A stretch of DNA of 64,000 nt from Nitrospirales bacterium (GTDB lineage Bacteria > Nitrospirota > Nitrospiria > Nitrospirales > UBA8639). Both the position numbers and the translations under genes were made by a program. The notes beneath the pieces were generated by a model. That model searched no databases and was not told where the DNA came from. It saw nothing but the letters and a program-made list of their open reading frames with translations. Shown here piece by piece: positions 11,401-26,400 of the stretch (positions within the stretch are counted from its first letter, which is position 1; each line of letters starts with the position of its first letter). Location of the stretch: assembly GCA_965203295.1 (NCBI GenBank), contig CBDBCZ010000015.1, positions 1,152,001 through 1,216,000 on the forward strand. Direction: 5' to 3'.

Positions 11401-14400
11401 GATCTGACCCTTCCCAACTGATTAGGAAAACAACTGGTTATTCAAAGGCTTGTTTAGTTTGAATGATGTTAGTCAGATACAATACATGCTTAGGAAGTAT
11501 CGATGTTCAAGAAAGGAACTGGTTATTCAAAGGATTGTTTAGTTTGGTTGATGTTAGTCTGCAGATTAGGAAAGAAGTATTTTATAGAAAATCGTTAGTT
11601 TTGTTGGTCTCTAGCAAAGACTTTTAGCCAAAGTAACTAGCTACCATTGATCTGACCCTTCCCAACTGTTTAGGAAAAGAACCTGTTATTCAAAGGCTTG
11701 ATTAGTTTTAATAATGTTAGTCGGATACAATACATGTTTAGGAAGTGTCGATGTTCAAGAAAGGAACTGGTTATTCAAAGGCTTGTTTAGTTTGGTTAAT
11801 GTTAGTCTGAAGATTAGGAAAGAAGAATTGTATTGAAAATTGTTAGTTTTGTTGGTCTCAGGCAAAGACTTTCAGCAAAAGTAACTAACTACCATTGATC
11901 TGACCCTTCCTAACTGTTTAGGAAAAGAACTGGTTATTCAAAGGCTTGTTTAGTTTGAATGATGTTAGTCTGAAGATTAGGAAAGAAGGATTTTATTGAA
12001 AATTGTTAGTTTTGTTGGTCTCAGGCAAAGACTTTAAGCCAAAGTAACTGTCTACCATTGATCTGACCCTTCCCAACTGTTTAGGAAAAGAACTGGTTAT
12101 TCAAAGGCTTGATTAGTTTTACTGATGTTAGTCTGATACAATACATGTTAAGGAAGTGTCGATGTTCAAGAAAGGAACTGGTTATTCAAAGGCTTGTTTA
12201 GTTTGGTTGATGTTAGTCTGAAGATTAGGAAAGAAGGATTTCATCGAAAATTGTTAGATTGGTTGGTCTCTGGCAAAGACTTTAATCCAAAGTCACTAGC
12301 TACCATTGATCTGACCCTTCCCAACTGTTTAGAAAAAGAACTGGTTATTCAAAGGCTTGTTTAGTTTGAATGATGTTAGTCAGATACAATACACGCTTAG
12401 GAAGTATCGATGTTCAACAAAGGAACTTGTTATTCAAGGGCTTGTTTAGTTTCGTTGATGTTAGTCTGAAGATTAGAAAACAAGGATTTTAATGAAAATT
12501 ATTAGTTTTGTTGGTCTCTAGCAAAGACTTTAAGCCAAAGTTACTAGCTACCTTTAATCTGACCCTTCCCAACTGTTTAGAATAAGAGCTGGTTATTCAA
12601 AAGCTTGTTTAGTTTGAATGATGTTAGTCTGAAGATTAGAAAAGAAGGATTTTTTTGAAAATTGATAGTTTTGTTGGTCTCTAGCAAAGACTTTAAGCCA
12701 AAGTAACTAGCTACCATTTATCTGACCCTTCACAACTGTTTAGAAAAGATCTGGTTATTCAAAGGCCTGTTTAGTTTTGTTGATGTTAGCCTGAAGATTA
12801 GGAAAGAAGGATTTTATTTAAAATTGTTAGTTTTGTTGGTCTCAGGCAAAGACTTTCAGCCAAAGTAACTGATACCATTGATCTGACCCTTCCCAACTGT
12901 TTAGGAAAACAACTGGTTATTCAAAGGCTTGTTTAGTTTGAATGATGTTAGTCAGATACAATACATGCTTAGGAAGTATCGATGTTCAAGAAAGGAACTG
13001 GTTATTCAAAGGCTTGTTTAGTTTGCTTGATGTTAGTCTGCAGATTAGGAAAGAAGTATTTTATAGAAAATCGTTAGTTTTGTTGGTCTCTAGCAAAGAC
13101 TTTTAGCCAAAGTAACTAGCTACCATTGATCTGACCCTTCCCAACTGTTTAGGAAAAGAACCTGTTATTCAAAGGCTTGATTAGTTTTAATAATGTTAGT
13201 AGGATACAATACATGTTTAGGAAGTGTCGATGTTCAAGAAAGGAACTGGTTATTCAAAGGCTTGTTTAGTTTGGTTAATGTTAGTCTTAAGATTAGGAAA
13301 GAAGAATTGTATTGAAAATTGTTAGTTTTGTTGGTCTCAGGCAAAGACTTTCAGCAAAAGTAACTAACTACCATTGATCTGACCCTACCTAACTGTTTAG
13401 GAAAAGAACTGGTTATTCAAAGGCTTGTTTAGTTTGAATGATGTTAGTCTGAAGATTAGGAAACAAGGATTTTATTGAAAATTGTTAGTTTTGTTGGTCT
13501 CAGGCAAAGACTTAAAGCCAAAGTAACTGTCTACCATTGATCTGACCCTTCCCAACTGTTTAGGAAAAGAACTGGTTATTCAAAGGCTTGATTAGTTTTA
13601 CTGATGTTAGTCGGATACAATACATGTTAAGGAAGTGTCGATGTTCAAGAAAGGAACTGGTTATTCAAAGGCTTGTTTAGTTTGGTTGATGTTAGTCTGA
13701 AGATTAGGAAAAAAGGATTTCATTGAAAATTGTTAGATTTGTTGGTCTCTGGCAAAGACTTTAATCCAAAGTCACTAGCTACCATTGATCTGACCCTTCC
13801 CAACATTTTAGAAAAAGAACTGGTTATTCAAAGGCTTGTTTAGTTTGAATGATGTTAGTCAGATACAATACACGCTTAGGAAGTATCGATGTTCAACAAA
13901 GGAACTTGTTATTCAAGGGCTTGTTTAGTTTCGTTGATGTTAGTCTGAAGATTAGAAAACAAGGATTTTAATGAAAATTATTAGTTTTGTTGGTCTCTAG
14001 CAAAGACTTTAAGCCAAAGTTACTAGCTACCTTTAATCTGACCCTTCCCAACTGTTTAGAATAAGAGCTGGTTATTCAAAAGCTTGTTTAGTTTGAATGA
14101 TGTTAGTCTGAAGATTAGAAAAGAAGGATTTTTTTGAAAATTGATAGTTTTGTTGGTCTCTAGCAAAGACTTTAAGCCAAAGTAACTAGCTACCATTTAT
14201 CTGACCCTTCCCAACTGTTTAGAAAAGATCTGGTTATTCAAAGGCCTGTTTAGTTTTGTTGATGTTAGCCTGAAGATTAGGAAAGAAGGATTTTATTGAA
14301 AATTGTTAGTTTTGTTGGTCTCTTGCAATAACTTTAATTAAGCCAAAGTTACTAGCTACAATTGATCTGACCTTTCCGAACTCTTTAGAAAAAGTGCTGG

Positions 14401-17400
14401 TTATTCAAAGGCTTGTTTTTTTTGAATGATATTAGTCAGATACAATACATGCTTAGGAAGTATCAATGTTCAAGAAAGGAACTGGTTATTCAAAGGTTAT
14501 TTAGTTTGGTTGATGTTAGTCTATAGATTAGGAAAGAAGGATTTTATTTAAAATTGTTGGTTTAGTTGGTCTCAGGCAAAGACTTTCAGCCAAAGTAACT
14601 GATACCATTGATCTGACCCTTCCCAACTGTTTAGGAAAACAACTGGTTATTCAAAGGCTTGATTAGTTTTACTGATGTTAGTTGGATACAATACATGTTA
14701 AGGAAGTGTCGATGTTCAAGAAAGGAACTGGTTATTCAAAGGCTTGTTTAGTTTGGTTGATGTTAGTCTGAAGATTAGGAAAGAAGGATTTTATTGAAAA
14801 TTGTTAGTTTTGTTGGTCTCAGGCAAAGACTTTCAGCAAAAGTAACTAGCTACCATTGATCTGACCCTTCCTAACTGTTTAGGAAAAGAACTGGTTATTC
14901 AAAGGCTTGTTTAGTTTGAATGATATTAGTCAGGTACAATACATGCTTAGGAAGTATCAATGTTCAAGAAATTAACTGGTTATTCAAAGGCTTGTTTAAT
15001 TTGGTTGATGTTATTCTGAAGATTAGGAAAGAAGGATTTTATTGAAAATCGTTAGTTTTGTTGGTCTCTAGCAAAGACTTTAAGCCAAAGTAACTTGCTA
15101 CCATTTATCTGACCCTTCCCAACTGTTTAGAAAAAGAGCTGGTTATTCAAAGGCCTGTTTAGTTTTGTTGATGTTAGCCTGAAGATTAGGAAAGAAGGAT
15201 TTTATTGAAAATTGTTGGTTTTGTTTGTCTCATGCAAAGACTTTCAGCCAAAGTAACTGGCTACCATTGATCTGACCCTTCCCAACTGTTTTGGAAAAGG
15301 ACTGATTATTCAAAGGCTTGTTTAGTTTGAATGATGTTAGTCAGATACAATACACGCTTAGGAAGTATCGATGTTCAAGAAAGGAACCGTTTATTCAAAG
15401 GCTTGTTTAGTTTGGTTGATGTTAGTTTGAAGATTAGGAAAGAAGGATTTTATTGAAAATCGTTAGTTTAGTTGGTCTCTAGCAAAGACTTTGAGCCAAA
15501 GTAACTAGCTACCATTGATCTGACCCTTCCCAAATGTTTAGAAAAAGAACTGGTTATTCAAAGGCTTGTTTAGTTTGAATGATGTTAGTCAAATACAATA
15601 CATGCTAAGGAAGTATCGAAGTTCAAGAAAGGAACTGGTTATTCAAAAGCTTGTTTAGTTTGGTTGATGTTAGTCTGAATATTAGGAAAGAAGGATTTTA
15701 TTCAAAAATTGTTAATTTTGTTGGCCTCTGGCAAAGACTTTAAGCTAAGGTAACTAGCTACCATTTGTCTGTCTCTTCCCAACTGTCTTGGAAAGGAACT
15801 GGTTTAAGATTCAATCATTTGTTTAGTTTAAATGATGTTTGTCAGATACAATACATATATGCTTTGAAAGCAAGGGTTTTCACTAATAATTGGTACAATT
15901 TTAGCTTTATTGGTCTCAGGAAACTTTCAGTCAAAACAACTAGCTACCATTGATCTGACCCTTCCTAACTGTCTGCGTAGAGAACTGGTTTAAGATTCAA
16001 TAGTTTGTTTAGTTTGAATGATGTTAGTCAGATTCAATACATACTTAGAAAGTAAGGGTTTTGACTGAAAATTATCAGATTAATTTGTCTCAGGCAAAGA
16101 CTTTCAGTCAAACTAAGTAGCTACCATTCATCTGACCCTTCCCAAGTGTCTAGGAAAGAAATTGGTGTAAGATTTAATAGGTTGTTTAGTTTTAATGATG
16201 TTAGTCGGATACAATACATGTTTAGGAAGTATCGATGTTCAAGAAAGGATCTGGTTATTCAAAGGCTTGTTTAGTTTAGTTGAAGTTAGTCTGAAGATTA
16301 GGAAAGGAGGATTTTATTGAAAATTGTTAGTTTTGTTGGTCTCAGGTAGAGACTTTCAGCCAGAGTATCTACCTACCATTGATCTGACCCCTCCCAACTG
16401 TCTTGGAAAGGAACTGGTTTATGATTCAATCATTTGTTTAGTTTAAATGATGTTTGTCGGATACAATACATACATGCTTAGAGAGTAAGGGTTTTCACTA
16501 ATAATTGGTACAATTTTAGCTTTATTGGTCTCAGGAAACTTTCAGTCAAAACAACTAGCTACCATTGATCTGACCCTTCCCAACTGTCTAGGAAAGAAAT
16601 TGTTTTAAGATTTTATAGCTTGTTTAGTTTGAATGATGTTAGTCGGATACAATACATGCTTAGGAAGTATCGATGTTCGAGACCGGAACTGGTTATTCAA
16701 AGGCTTGTTTAGTTTGGTTGATGTTAGTCTGAAGATTAGGAAAGAAGGATTTCATTGAAAATTGTTAGATTAGTTGGTCTCTGGCAAAGACTTTAATCCA
16801 AAGTCACTAGCTACCATTGATCTGACCCTTCCCAACTGTTTAGAAAAAGAACTGGTTATTCAAAGGCTTGTTTAGTTTGAATGATGTTAGTCAGATACAA
16901 TACACGCTTAGGAAGTATCGATGTTCAACAAAGGAACTTGTTATTCAAGGGCTTGTTTAGTTTCGTTGATGTTAGTCTGAAGATTAGAAAACAAGGATTT
17001 TAATGAATATTATTAGTTTTGTTGGTCTCTAGCAAAGACTTTAAGCCAAAGTTACTAGCTACCTTTAATCTGACCCTTCCCAACTGTTTAGAATAAGAGC
17101 TGGTTATTCAAAAGCTTGTTTAGTTTGAATGATGTTAGTCTGAAGATTAGAAAAGAAGGATTTTTTTGAAAATTGATAGTTTTGTTGGTCTCTAGCAAAG
17201 ACTTTAAGCCAAAGTAACTAGCTACCATTTATCTGACCCTTCCGAACTGTTTAGAAAAAGAACTGGTTATTCAAAGGCCTGTTTAGTTTTGTTGACGTTA
17301 GCCTGAAGATTAGGAAAGAAGGATTTTATTGAAAATTGTTAGTTTTGTTGGTCTCTAGAAAATACTTTAAGCCAAAGTCACTAGCTACCATTGATCTGAC

Positions 17401-20400
17401 CCTTCCCAACTGTTTAGAAAAGAGCTGGTTATTGAAAGGCTTGTTTACTTTGGTTGATGTAAGTCTGCAGATTAGGAAAGAAGGATTTTATTGAAAATTG
17501 TTAGTTTTGTTGGTCTCTAGCAAAGACTTTAAGCCAAAGTAACTAGCTACCATTGATTAGGAAAGAATGATTTTATTGAAAATTGTTAGTTTTGTTGGTC
17601 TCTAGGAAAGACTTTAAGCCAAAGTAACTAGCTACCATTGATCTGACCCTTCCCAACTGTTTAGGAAAAGAACTTGTTATTCAAAGGCTTGTTTAGTTTT
17701 AATGTTGTTAGTCTTAAGATTAGGAAAGAAGGATTTTATTGAAAATTGTTAGTTTTGTTGGTCTCTAGCAATGACTTCATGCCAAAGTAACTAGCTACCA
17801 TTTATCAGACCCTTCCAAACTGTTTAGAAAAAGAACTGGTTTTTCAAGGCCTGTTTAGTTTTGTTGATGTTAGCCTGAAGATTAGGAGAGAAGGATTTTA
17901 TCGAAAATTGTTAGTTTTGTTGGTCTCTAGCAAAGACTTTAAGCCAAAGTCACTAGCTACCATTGATCTGACACTTTCCAACTGTTTAGAAAAAGAGCTG
18001 GTTATTTAAAGGCTAGTTTAGTTATAATGATGTTAATCAAGTACAATAATCCTTAGGAAGTATCGATGTTCAAGAAAGGAAGTGGTTATTCAAAGGCTTG
18101 TTTAGTTTGCTTGATGTTAGTCTGCAGATTAGGAAAGAAGGATTTTATAGAAAATCGTTAGTTTTGTTAGTCTCTAGCAAAGACTTTGAGCTCAAGTAAC
18201 TAGCTACCATTGATCTGACCCTTCCCAACTGTTTAGGAAAAGAACTGGTTATTCAAAGGCTTTTTTAGTTTAAATGATGTTAGTCGGATACAATACATGC
18301 TTAGAAAGTATCGATGTTCAAGAAAGGAACTGGTTATTCAAAGGCTTGTTTAGTTTTGTTAATGTTAGTCTGAAGATTAGGAAAGAAGGATTTTTTGAAA
18401 ATTGTTAGTTTTGTTGGTCTCTAGCAATGACTTTAAGCCGAAGTAACTAGCTACCATTGTTCTGACCCTTCCCAACTGTTTAGAAAAAGAACTGGATATT
18501 CAAAGGCTTGTTTAGTTTGAATGATGTTAGTCAAATACAATACATGCCTAGGAAGTATCGATGTTCAAGAAAGGAACTTGTTATTCAAAGGCTTGTTTAG
18601 TTTGGTTGATGTTAGTCTGAAGATTAGGAAAGAAGGATTTTATTGAAAATTGTTAGTTTTGTTGGTCTCAGGCAAAGACTTTCAGCTAAAGTAACTGGCT
18701 ACCATTGATCTGACCCTTCCTAACAGTTTATGAAAAGAACCTGTTATTCAAAGGCTTGTTTAGTTTGAATGATGTTAGTCAAATACAATACATGCTTAGG
18801 AAGTATCGTTTTTCAAGAAAGGAACTGGTTATTCAATGGCTTGTTTAGTTTGGTTGATGTTAGTCTGCAGATTAGGAAAGAAGGATTTTATTGAAAATTG
18901 TTAGTTTTGTTGGTCTCTAGCAGAGAATTTGAGCCAAAGCAACTAGCTACCATTGATTAGGAAAGAAGGATTTTATTGAAAATTGTTAGTTTTGTTGGTT
19001 TCTAGCAAAGACTTTAAGCCAAATTATTCTAGCTACCATTGATCTTACCCTTCCCAACTGTTTAGGAAAAGAACTTGTTATTCAAAGGCTTGTTTAGTTT
19101 GAATGAAGTTAGTCTGAAGATTAGGAAAGAAGGATTTTATTGAAAATTGTTAGTTTTGTTTGTCTCTAGCAAAGACTTTAAGCCAAAGTAAATAGCTACC
19201 ATTTAGCAGACCCTTCCGAACTGTTTAGAAAAAGAACTGGTTATTTAACGGCCTGTTTAGTTTTGTTGATTTTAGCCTTAAGATTAGGAAAGAATGATTT
19301 TCTTGAAAATTGTTAGTTTTGTTGGTCTCTAGCAAAGACTTTAAGCCAAAGTCACTAGCTACCATTTATCTGACCCTTCCCAACTGTTTAGAAAAAAGAG
19401 CTGGTTATTCAAAGGCTAGTTTAGTTTGAATGATGTTAGTCAAATACAATAATCCTTAGGAAGTATCGATGTTCAAGAAAAAAACTGGTTATTCAAAGGC
19501 TTGTTTAGTTTGCTTGATGTTAGTTTGCAGTTTAGAAAGGAAGTATTTTATAGAAAATCGTTAGTTTTGTTGGTCTCTAGCAAAGACTTTTAGCCAAAGT
19601 AACTAGCTACCATTGATCTGACCCTTTCTAACTGTTTAGGAAAAGAACTGGTTATGCAAAGGCTTGTTTAGTTTAAATGATGTTAGTCGGATACAATACA
19701 TGCTTAGGAAGTATTGATGTTCAAGAAAGGAACTGGTTTTTCAAAGGCTTGTTTAGTTTGGTTGATGTTAGTCTGAAGAATAGGAAAGAAGGATTTTTTT
19801 GAAAATTGTTAGTTTTGTTGGTCTCTAGCAATGACTTTAAGCCGAAGTAACTAGCTACCATTGATCTGACCCTTCCCAACTGTTTAGAAAAAGAACTGGT
19901 TATTCAAAGGCTTGTTTAGTTTGAATGATGTTAGTCAAACACAATACATGCCTAGGAAGTATCGATGTTCAAGAAAGGAACTTGTTATTCAAAGGCTTGT
20001 TTAGTTTTGTTGATGTTTGTCTGAAGATTAGGAAAGAAGGATTTATTGAAAATTGTTAGTTTTGTTGGTCTCTGGCAAAGACTTTAAGCCAAAGTAACAA
20101 GCTACCATTGATCTGACCCTTCCCAACTGTTTAGGAAAAGTATTGGTTATGCAAAGGCTTGTTTAGTTTGAATGATGTTAGTCAGATACAATATATGCTT
20201 AGGAAGTATCGATGTTCAAGAAAGGAACTGGTTATTCAATGGCCGGTTTAGTTTGGTTGATGTTAGTCTGAAGATTAGGAAAGAAGAATTTTACTCAAAA
20301 ATTGTTATTTTTTTGTCTCAGGCAAAGACTTTAAGCCAAAGTAACTAGCTACCATTGATCTGACTTTTCCCAACTGTTTAGGAAACGAACTGGTTATTCA

Positions 20401-23400
20401 AAGGCTAGTTTAGTTTGAATGATGTTAGTCAAATACAATACATCCTGAGGAAGTATCGATGTTCAAGAAAGGAACTGGTTATTCAATGGCTTTTTTAGTT
20501 AGGTTGATGTTAGTCTGCAGATTAGGAAAGAAGTATTTTATAGAAAATCGTTAGTTTTGTTGGTCTCTATCAAAGACTTTGAGCCAAAGTAACTAGCTAC
20601 CATTGATCTTACCCTTCCTAACTGTTTAGGAAAAGAACCTGTTATTCAAAGGCTTGTTTAGTTTAAATGATGTTAGTCGTATTCAATACATGCTTAGGAA
20701 ATATCAATGTTCAAGAAAGGAACTTGTTATTCAAAGGCTTGTTTTGTTTGGTTGATGTTATTCTGCAGATTAGGAAAGAAGGATTTTATTGAAAATTGTT
20801 ATTTTGTTGGTCTGTAGCAATGACTTTAAGCCGAAGTAACTAGCTACCATTGATCTGACCCTTCCCAACTTTTTAGAAAAAGAACTGGTTATTCAAAGGC
20901 TTGTTTAGTTTGAATGATGTTAGTCAAATACAATACATGCCTAGGAAGTATCGATGTTCAATAAAGGAACTTGTTATTCAAAGGCTTGTTTAGTTTTGTT
21001 AATGTTTGTCTGAAGATTAGGAAAGAAGGATTTATTGAAAATTGTTAGTTTTGTTTGTCTCTGGCAAAGACTTTAAGCCAAAGTAACTAGCTACCATTGA
21101 TCTGACCCTTCCCAACTGTTTAGGAAAAGAACTGGTTATTCAAAGGCTTGTTTAGTTTAAATGATGTTAGTCTGAAGATTAGGAAAGAAGGATTTTATTG
21201 GAAATTGTTATTTTTTTTGGTCTCTAGCAATGACTTTAAGCCAAAGTAACTAGCTACCATTTATCTGACCCTTCCCAACTGTTTAGGAAAAGAACTGGTC
21301 ATTCAAAGGCTTGTTTAGTTTGTATGATGTTAGTCAGATACAATACACGCTTAGGAAGTATCGATGGTCAAGAAAGGAACTTGTTATTCAAGGGCTTGTT
21401 TAGTTTTGTTGATGTTAGTCTGAAGATTAGGAAAGAAGGATTTTAATGAAAATTATTAGTTTTGTTGGTCTCTAGCAAAGACTTTAAGCCAAAGTTACTA
21501 GCTACCTTTAATCTGACCCTTCCCAACTGTTTAGAAAAAGAGCTGGTTATTCAAAAGCTTGTTTAGTTTGAATGATGTTAGTCTGAAGATTAGGAAAGAA
21601 GGATTTTATTAAAAATTGTTGGTTTTGTTGGTCTCTAGCAAAGAATTTAAGCCAAAGTAACTAGCTACCATTGATCTGACCCTTCCCAACTTTTTAGGAA
21701 AAGAACTGGTTATTCAAAGGCTTGTTTAGTTTGAATGGTGTTAGTCTGAAGATTAGGAAAGAAGGATTTTATTGAAAATTGTTAGTTTTGTTGGTCTATA
21801 GCAATGACTTTAAAGCCGAAGTAACTAGCTACCATTGATCTGACCCTTCCCAACTGTTTAGAAAAAGAACTGGTTATTCAAAGGCTTGTTTAGTTTGAAT
21901 GATGTTAGTCAAATACAATATATGCCTAGGAAGTATCGATGTTCAAGAAAGGAACTTGTTATTCAAAGGCTTGTTTAGTTTTGTTAATGTTTGTCTGAAG
22001 ATTAGGAAAGAAGGATTTATTGAAAATTGTTAGTTTTGTTTGTCTCTGGCAAAGACTTTAAGCCAAAGTAACTAGCTACCATTGATCTGACCCTTCCCAA
22101 CTGTTTAGGAAAAGAACTGGTTATTCAAAGGCTTGTTTAGTTTAAATGATGTTAGTCTGAAGATTAGGAAAGAAGGATTTTATTGGAAATTGTTATTTTG
22201 TTTGGTCTCTAGCAAAGACTTTAAGCCAAAGTATCTAGCTACCATTTATCTGACCCTTCCCAACTGTTTAGGAAAAGAACTGGTCATTCAAAGGCTTGTT
22301 TAGTTTGTATGATGTTAGTCAGATACAATACACGCTTAGGAAGTATCGATGGTCAAGAAAGGAACTTGTTATTCAAGGGCTTGTTTAGTTTTGTTGATGT
22401 TAGTCTGAAGATTAGGAAAGAAGGATTTTAATGAAAATTATTAGTTTTGTTGGTCTCTAGCAAAGACTTTAAGCCAAAGTTACTAGCTACCTTTAATCTG
22501 ACCCTTCCCAACTGTTTAGAAAAAGAGCTGGTTATTCAAAAGCTTGTTTAGTTTGAATGATGTTAGTCTGAAGATTAGGAAAGAAGGATTTTATTAAAAA
22601 TTGTTGGTTTTGTTGGTCTCTAGCAAAGAATTTAAGCCAAAGTAACTAGCTACCATTGATCTGACCCTTCCCAACTTTTTAGGAAAAGAATTGGTTATTC
22701 AAAGGCTTGTTTAGTTTGAATGGTGTTAGTCTGAAGATTAGGAAAGAAGGATTTTATTGAAAATTGTTAGTTTTGTTGATCTCTAGCAAAGACTTTAAGC
22801 CAAAGTAACTAGCTACCATTTATCTGACCCTTCCGAACTGTTTAGAAAAAGAACTGGTTATTCAAAGGCCTGTTTAGTTTTGTTGACGTTAGCCTGATGA
22901 TTAGGAAAGAAGGATTTTATTAAAAATTGTTAGTTTTGTTGGTCTCTAGCAAAGACTTTAAGCCAAAGTCACTAGCTACCATTGATCTGACCCTTCCCAA
23001 CTGTTTAGAAAAAGAGCTGGTTATTCAATAGCTTATTTTGTTTGAATGATATTAGTCAGATATAATACATGCTTAGGAAGTATCAATGTTCAAGAAAGGA
23101 ACTGGTTATTCAAAGGCTTGTTTAGTTTGGTTGATGTTAGTCTGAAGATTAGGAAAGAAGGATTTTATAGAAAATGGTTAGTTTTGTTGGTCTCAGGCAA
23201 AGTTTTTCAGCCAAAATAACTGGCTACCATTGATCTGACCTTTCCCAACTGTTTAGGAAACGAACTGGTTATTCAAAGGCTTGTTATGTTTGAATGATGT
23301 TAGTCAGATGCAATACATACTTAGGAAGTATCTATGTTCAAGAAAGGAACTTGTTATTCAAAGGCTTGTTTAGTTCGGTTGATGTTAGTCTGAAGATTAG

Positions 23401-26400
23401 GAAAGAAGGATTTTATTGAAAATTGTTAGTTTTGTTGGTCTCAGGCAAAGACTTTCAGCCAAAGTAACTGGCTACCATTGATCTGACCCTTCCCAACTGT
23501 TTAGGAAAAGAACCTGTTATTCAAAGGCTTGTTTAGTTTAAATGATGTTAGCCAGATATAATACATGCTGAGGAAGTATCGATGTTCAAGAAAGGAACTG
23601 GTTATTCAAAGGCTTGTTTTGTTGTCTTGATGTTAGTCTGCAGATTAGGAAAGAAGTATTTTATAGAAAATCGTTAGTTTTGTTGGTCTCTAGCAAAGTC
23701 TTTGAGCCAAAGTAACTAGCTACCATTGATCTGACCCTTCCCAACATTTTAGAAAAAGAACTGGTTATTCAAAGGCTTGTTTAGTTTGGTTGATGTTAGT
23801 CTGAAGAATAGGAAAGAAGGATTTTATTGAAAATTGTTAGTTTTATTGGTCTCTAGCAATGACTTTAAGCCGAAGTAACTAGCTACCATTGATCTGACCC
23901 TTCCCAACTGTTTAGAAAAAAAACTGGTTATTCAAAAACTTGTTTAGTTTGAATGATGTTAGTCAAATACAATACATTGCTTAGGAAGTATCGATGTTCA
24001 AGAAAGGAACTTGTTATTCAAAGGCCTGTTTAGTTTTTCTGATGTTAGTCTGAAGATTAGGAAAGAAGGATTTTATTGTAAATTGTTAGTTTTGTTGGTC
24101 TCAGGCAAAGACTTTCAGCCAATGTAACTGGCTACCATTGATCTGAACCTTCCCAACTGTTTAGGAAAAGAACTGGTTATTCAAAGGCTTGTTTAGTTTG
24201 AATGATGTTAGTCAGATACAATACACGCTTAGGAAGTATCGATGTTCAAGAAAGGAACTGGTTATTCAAAGGCTTGTTTAGTTTGGTTGATGTTAGTCCG
24301 AAGATTAGGAAAGAAGGATTTTATTGAAAATTGTTAGTTTTGTTGGTCTCAGGCAAAGACTTTAAGCCAAAGTAACTGTCTACCATTGATCTGACCCTTC
24401 CCAACTTTTTAGGAAAAGAACTTGTTATTCAAAGGCTTGTTTAGTTTTAATGATGTTAGTCAGATACAATACATGCTTAGGAAGTATCTATGTTCAAGAA
24501 AGGAACTGGTTATTCAAAGGCTTGTTTAGTTTGGTTGATGTTTGTCTGCAGATTAGGAAACAAGTATTTTATAGAAAATCGTTAGTTTTGTTGGTCTCTA
24601 GCAAAGACTTTTAGCCAAAGTAACTAGCTACCATTCATCTGACCCTTCCCAACTGTTTAGGAAAAGAACTGGTTATTCAAAGGCTTGATTAGTTTTAATG
24701 ATGTTAGTCGGATACAATACATGTTTAGGAAGTGTCGATATTCAAGAAAGGAACTTGTTATTCAAAGGCTTGTTTAGTTTGGTTGATGTTAGTCTGAAGA
24801 TTAGGAAAGAAGGATTTTATTGAAAATTGTTAGTTTTGTTTGTCTCAGGCAAAGACTTTCAGCCAAAGTAACTAGCTACCATTGATCTGACCCTTCCTAA
24901 CTGTTTAGGAAAGGAACTTGTTATTCAAAGGCTTGTTTAGTTCGGTTGATGTTAGTCCGAAGATTAGGAAAGAAGGATTTTATTGAAAATTGTTAGTTTT
25001 GTTGGTCTCAGGCAAAGACTTTCAGCCAAAGTAACTGGCTACCATTGATCTGACCCTTCCCAACTGTTTAGGAAAAGAACCTGTTATTCAAAGGCTTGTT
25101 TAGTTTAAATGATGTTAGCCAGATATAATACATGCTTAGGAAGTATCGATGTTCAAGAAAGGAACTGGTTATTCAAAGGCTTGTTTTGTTTGCTTGATGT
25201 TAGTCTGCAGATTAGGAAAGAAGTATTTTATAGAAAATCGTTAGTTTTGTTGGTCTCTAGCAAAGACTTTGAGCCAAAGTAACTAGCTACCATTTATCTG
25301 ACCCTTCCCAACATTTTAGAAAAAGAACTGGTTATTCAAAGGCTTGTTTAGTTTGAATGATGTTAGTCAAATACAATACATGCTTAGGAAGTATCGATGT
25401 TCAAGAAAGGAACTGGTTATTCAATGGCTTGTTTAGTTTGGTTGATGTTAGTCTGAAGAATAGGAAAGAAGGATTTTATTGAAAATTGTTAGTTTTATTG
25501 GTCTCTAGCAATGACTTTAAGCCGAAGTAACTAGCTACCATTGATCTGACCCTTCCCAACTGTTTAGAAAAAAAACTGGTTATTCAAAAACTTGTTTAGT
25601 TTGAATGATGTTAGTCAAATACAATACATTGCTTAGGAAGTATCGATGTTCAAGAAAGGAACTTGTTATTCAAAGGCCTGTTTAGTTTTTCTGATGTTAG
25701 TCTGAAGATTAGGAAAGTAGGATTTTATTGTAAATTGTTAGTTTTGTTGGTCTCAGGCAAAGACTTTCAGCCAATGTAACTGGCTACCATTGATCTGAAC
25801 CTTCCCAACTGTTTAGGAAAAGAACTGGTTATTCAAAGGCTTGTTTAGTTTGAATGATGTTAGTCAGATACAATACACGCTTAGGAAGTATCGATTTTCA
25901 AGAAAGGAACTGGTTATTCAAAGGCTTGTTTAGTTTGGTTGATGTTAGTCCGAAGATTAAGAAAGAAGGATTTTATGGAAAATTGTTAGTTTTGTTGGTC
26001 TCAGGCAAAGACTTTAAGCCAAAGTAACTGTCTACCATTGATCTGACCCTTCCCAACTTTTTAGGAAAAGAACTTGTTATTCAAAGGCTTGTTTAGTTTT
26101 AATGATGTTAGTCAGATACAATACATGCTTAGGAAGTATCTATGTTCAAGAAAGGAACTGGTTATTCAAAGGCTTGTTTAGTTTGGTTGATGTTAGTCTG
26201 CAGATTAGGAAACAAGTATTTTATAGAAAATCGTTAGTTTTGTTGGTCTCTAGCAAAGACTTTTAGCCAAAGTAACTAGCTACCATTCATCTGACCCTTC
26301 CCAACTGTTTAGGAAAAGAACTGGTTATTCAAAGGCTTGATTAGTTTTAATGATGTTAGTCGGATACAATACATGTTTAGGAAGTGTCGATATTCAAGAA

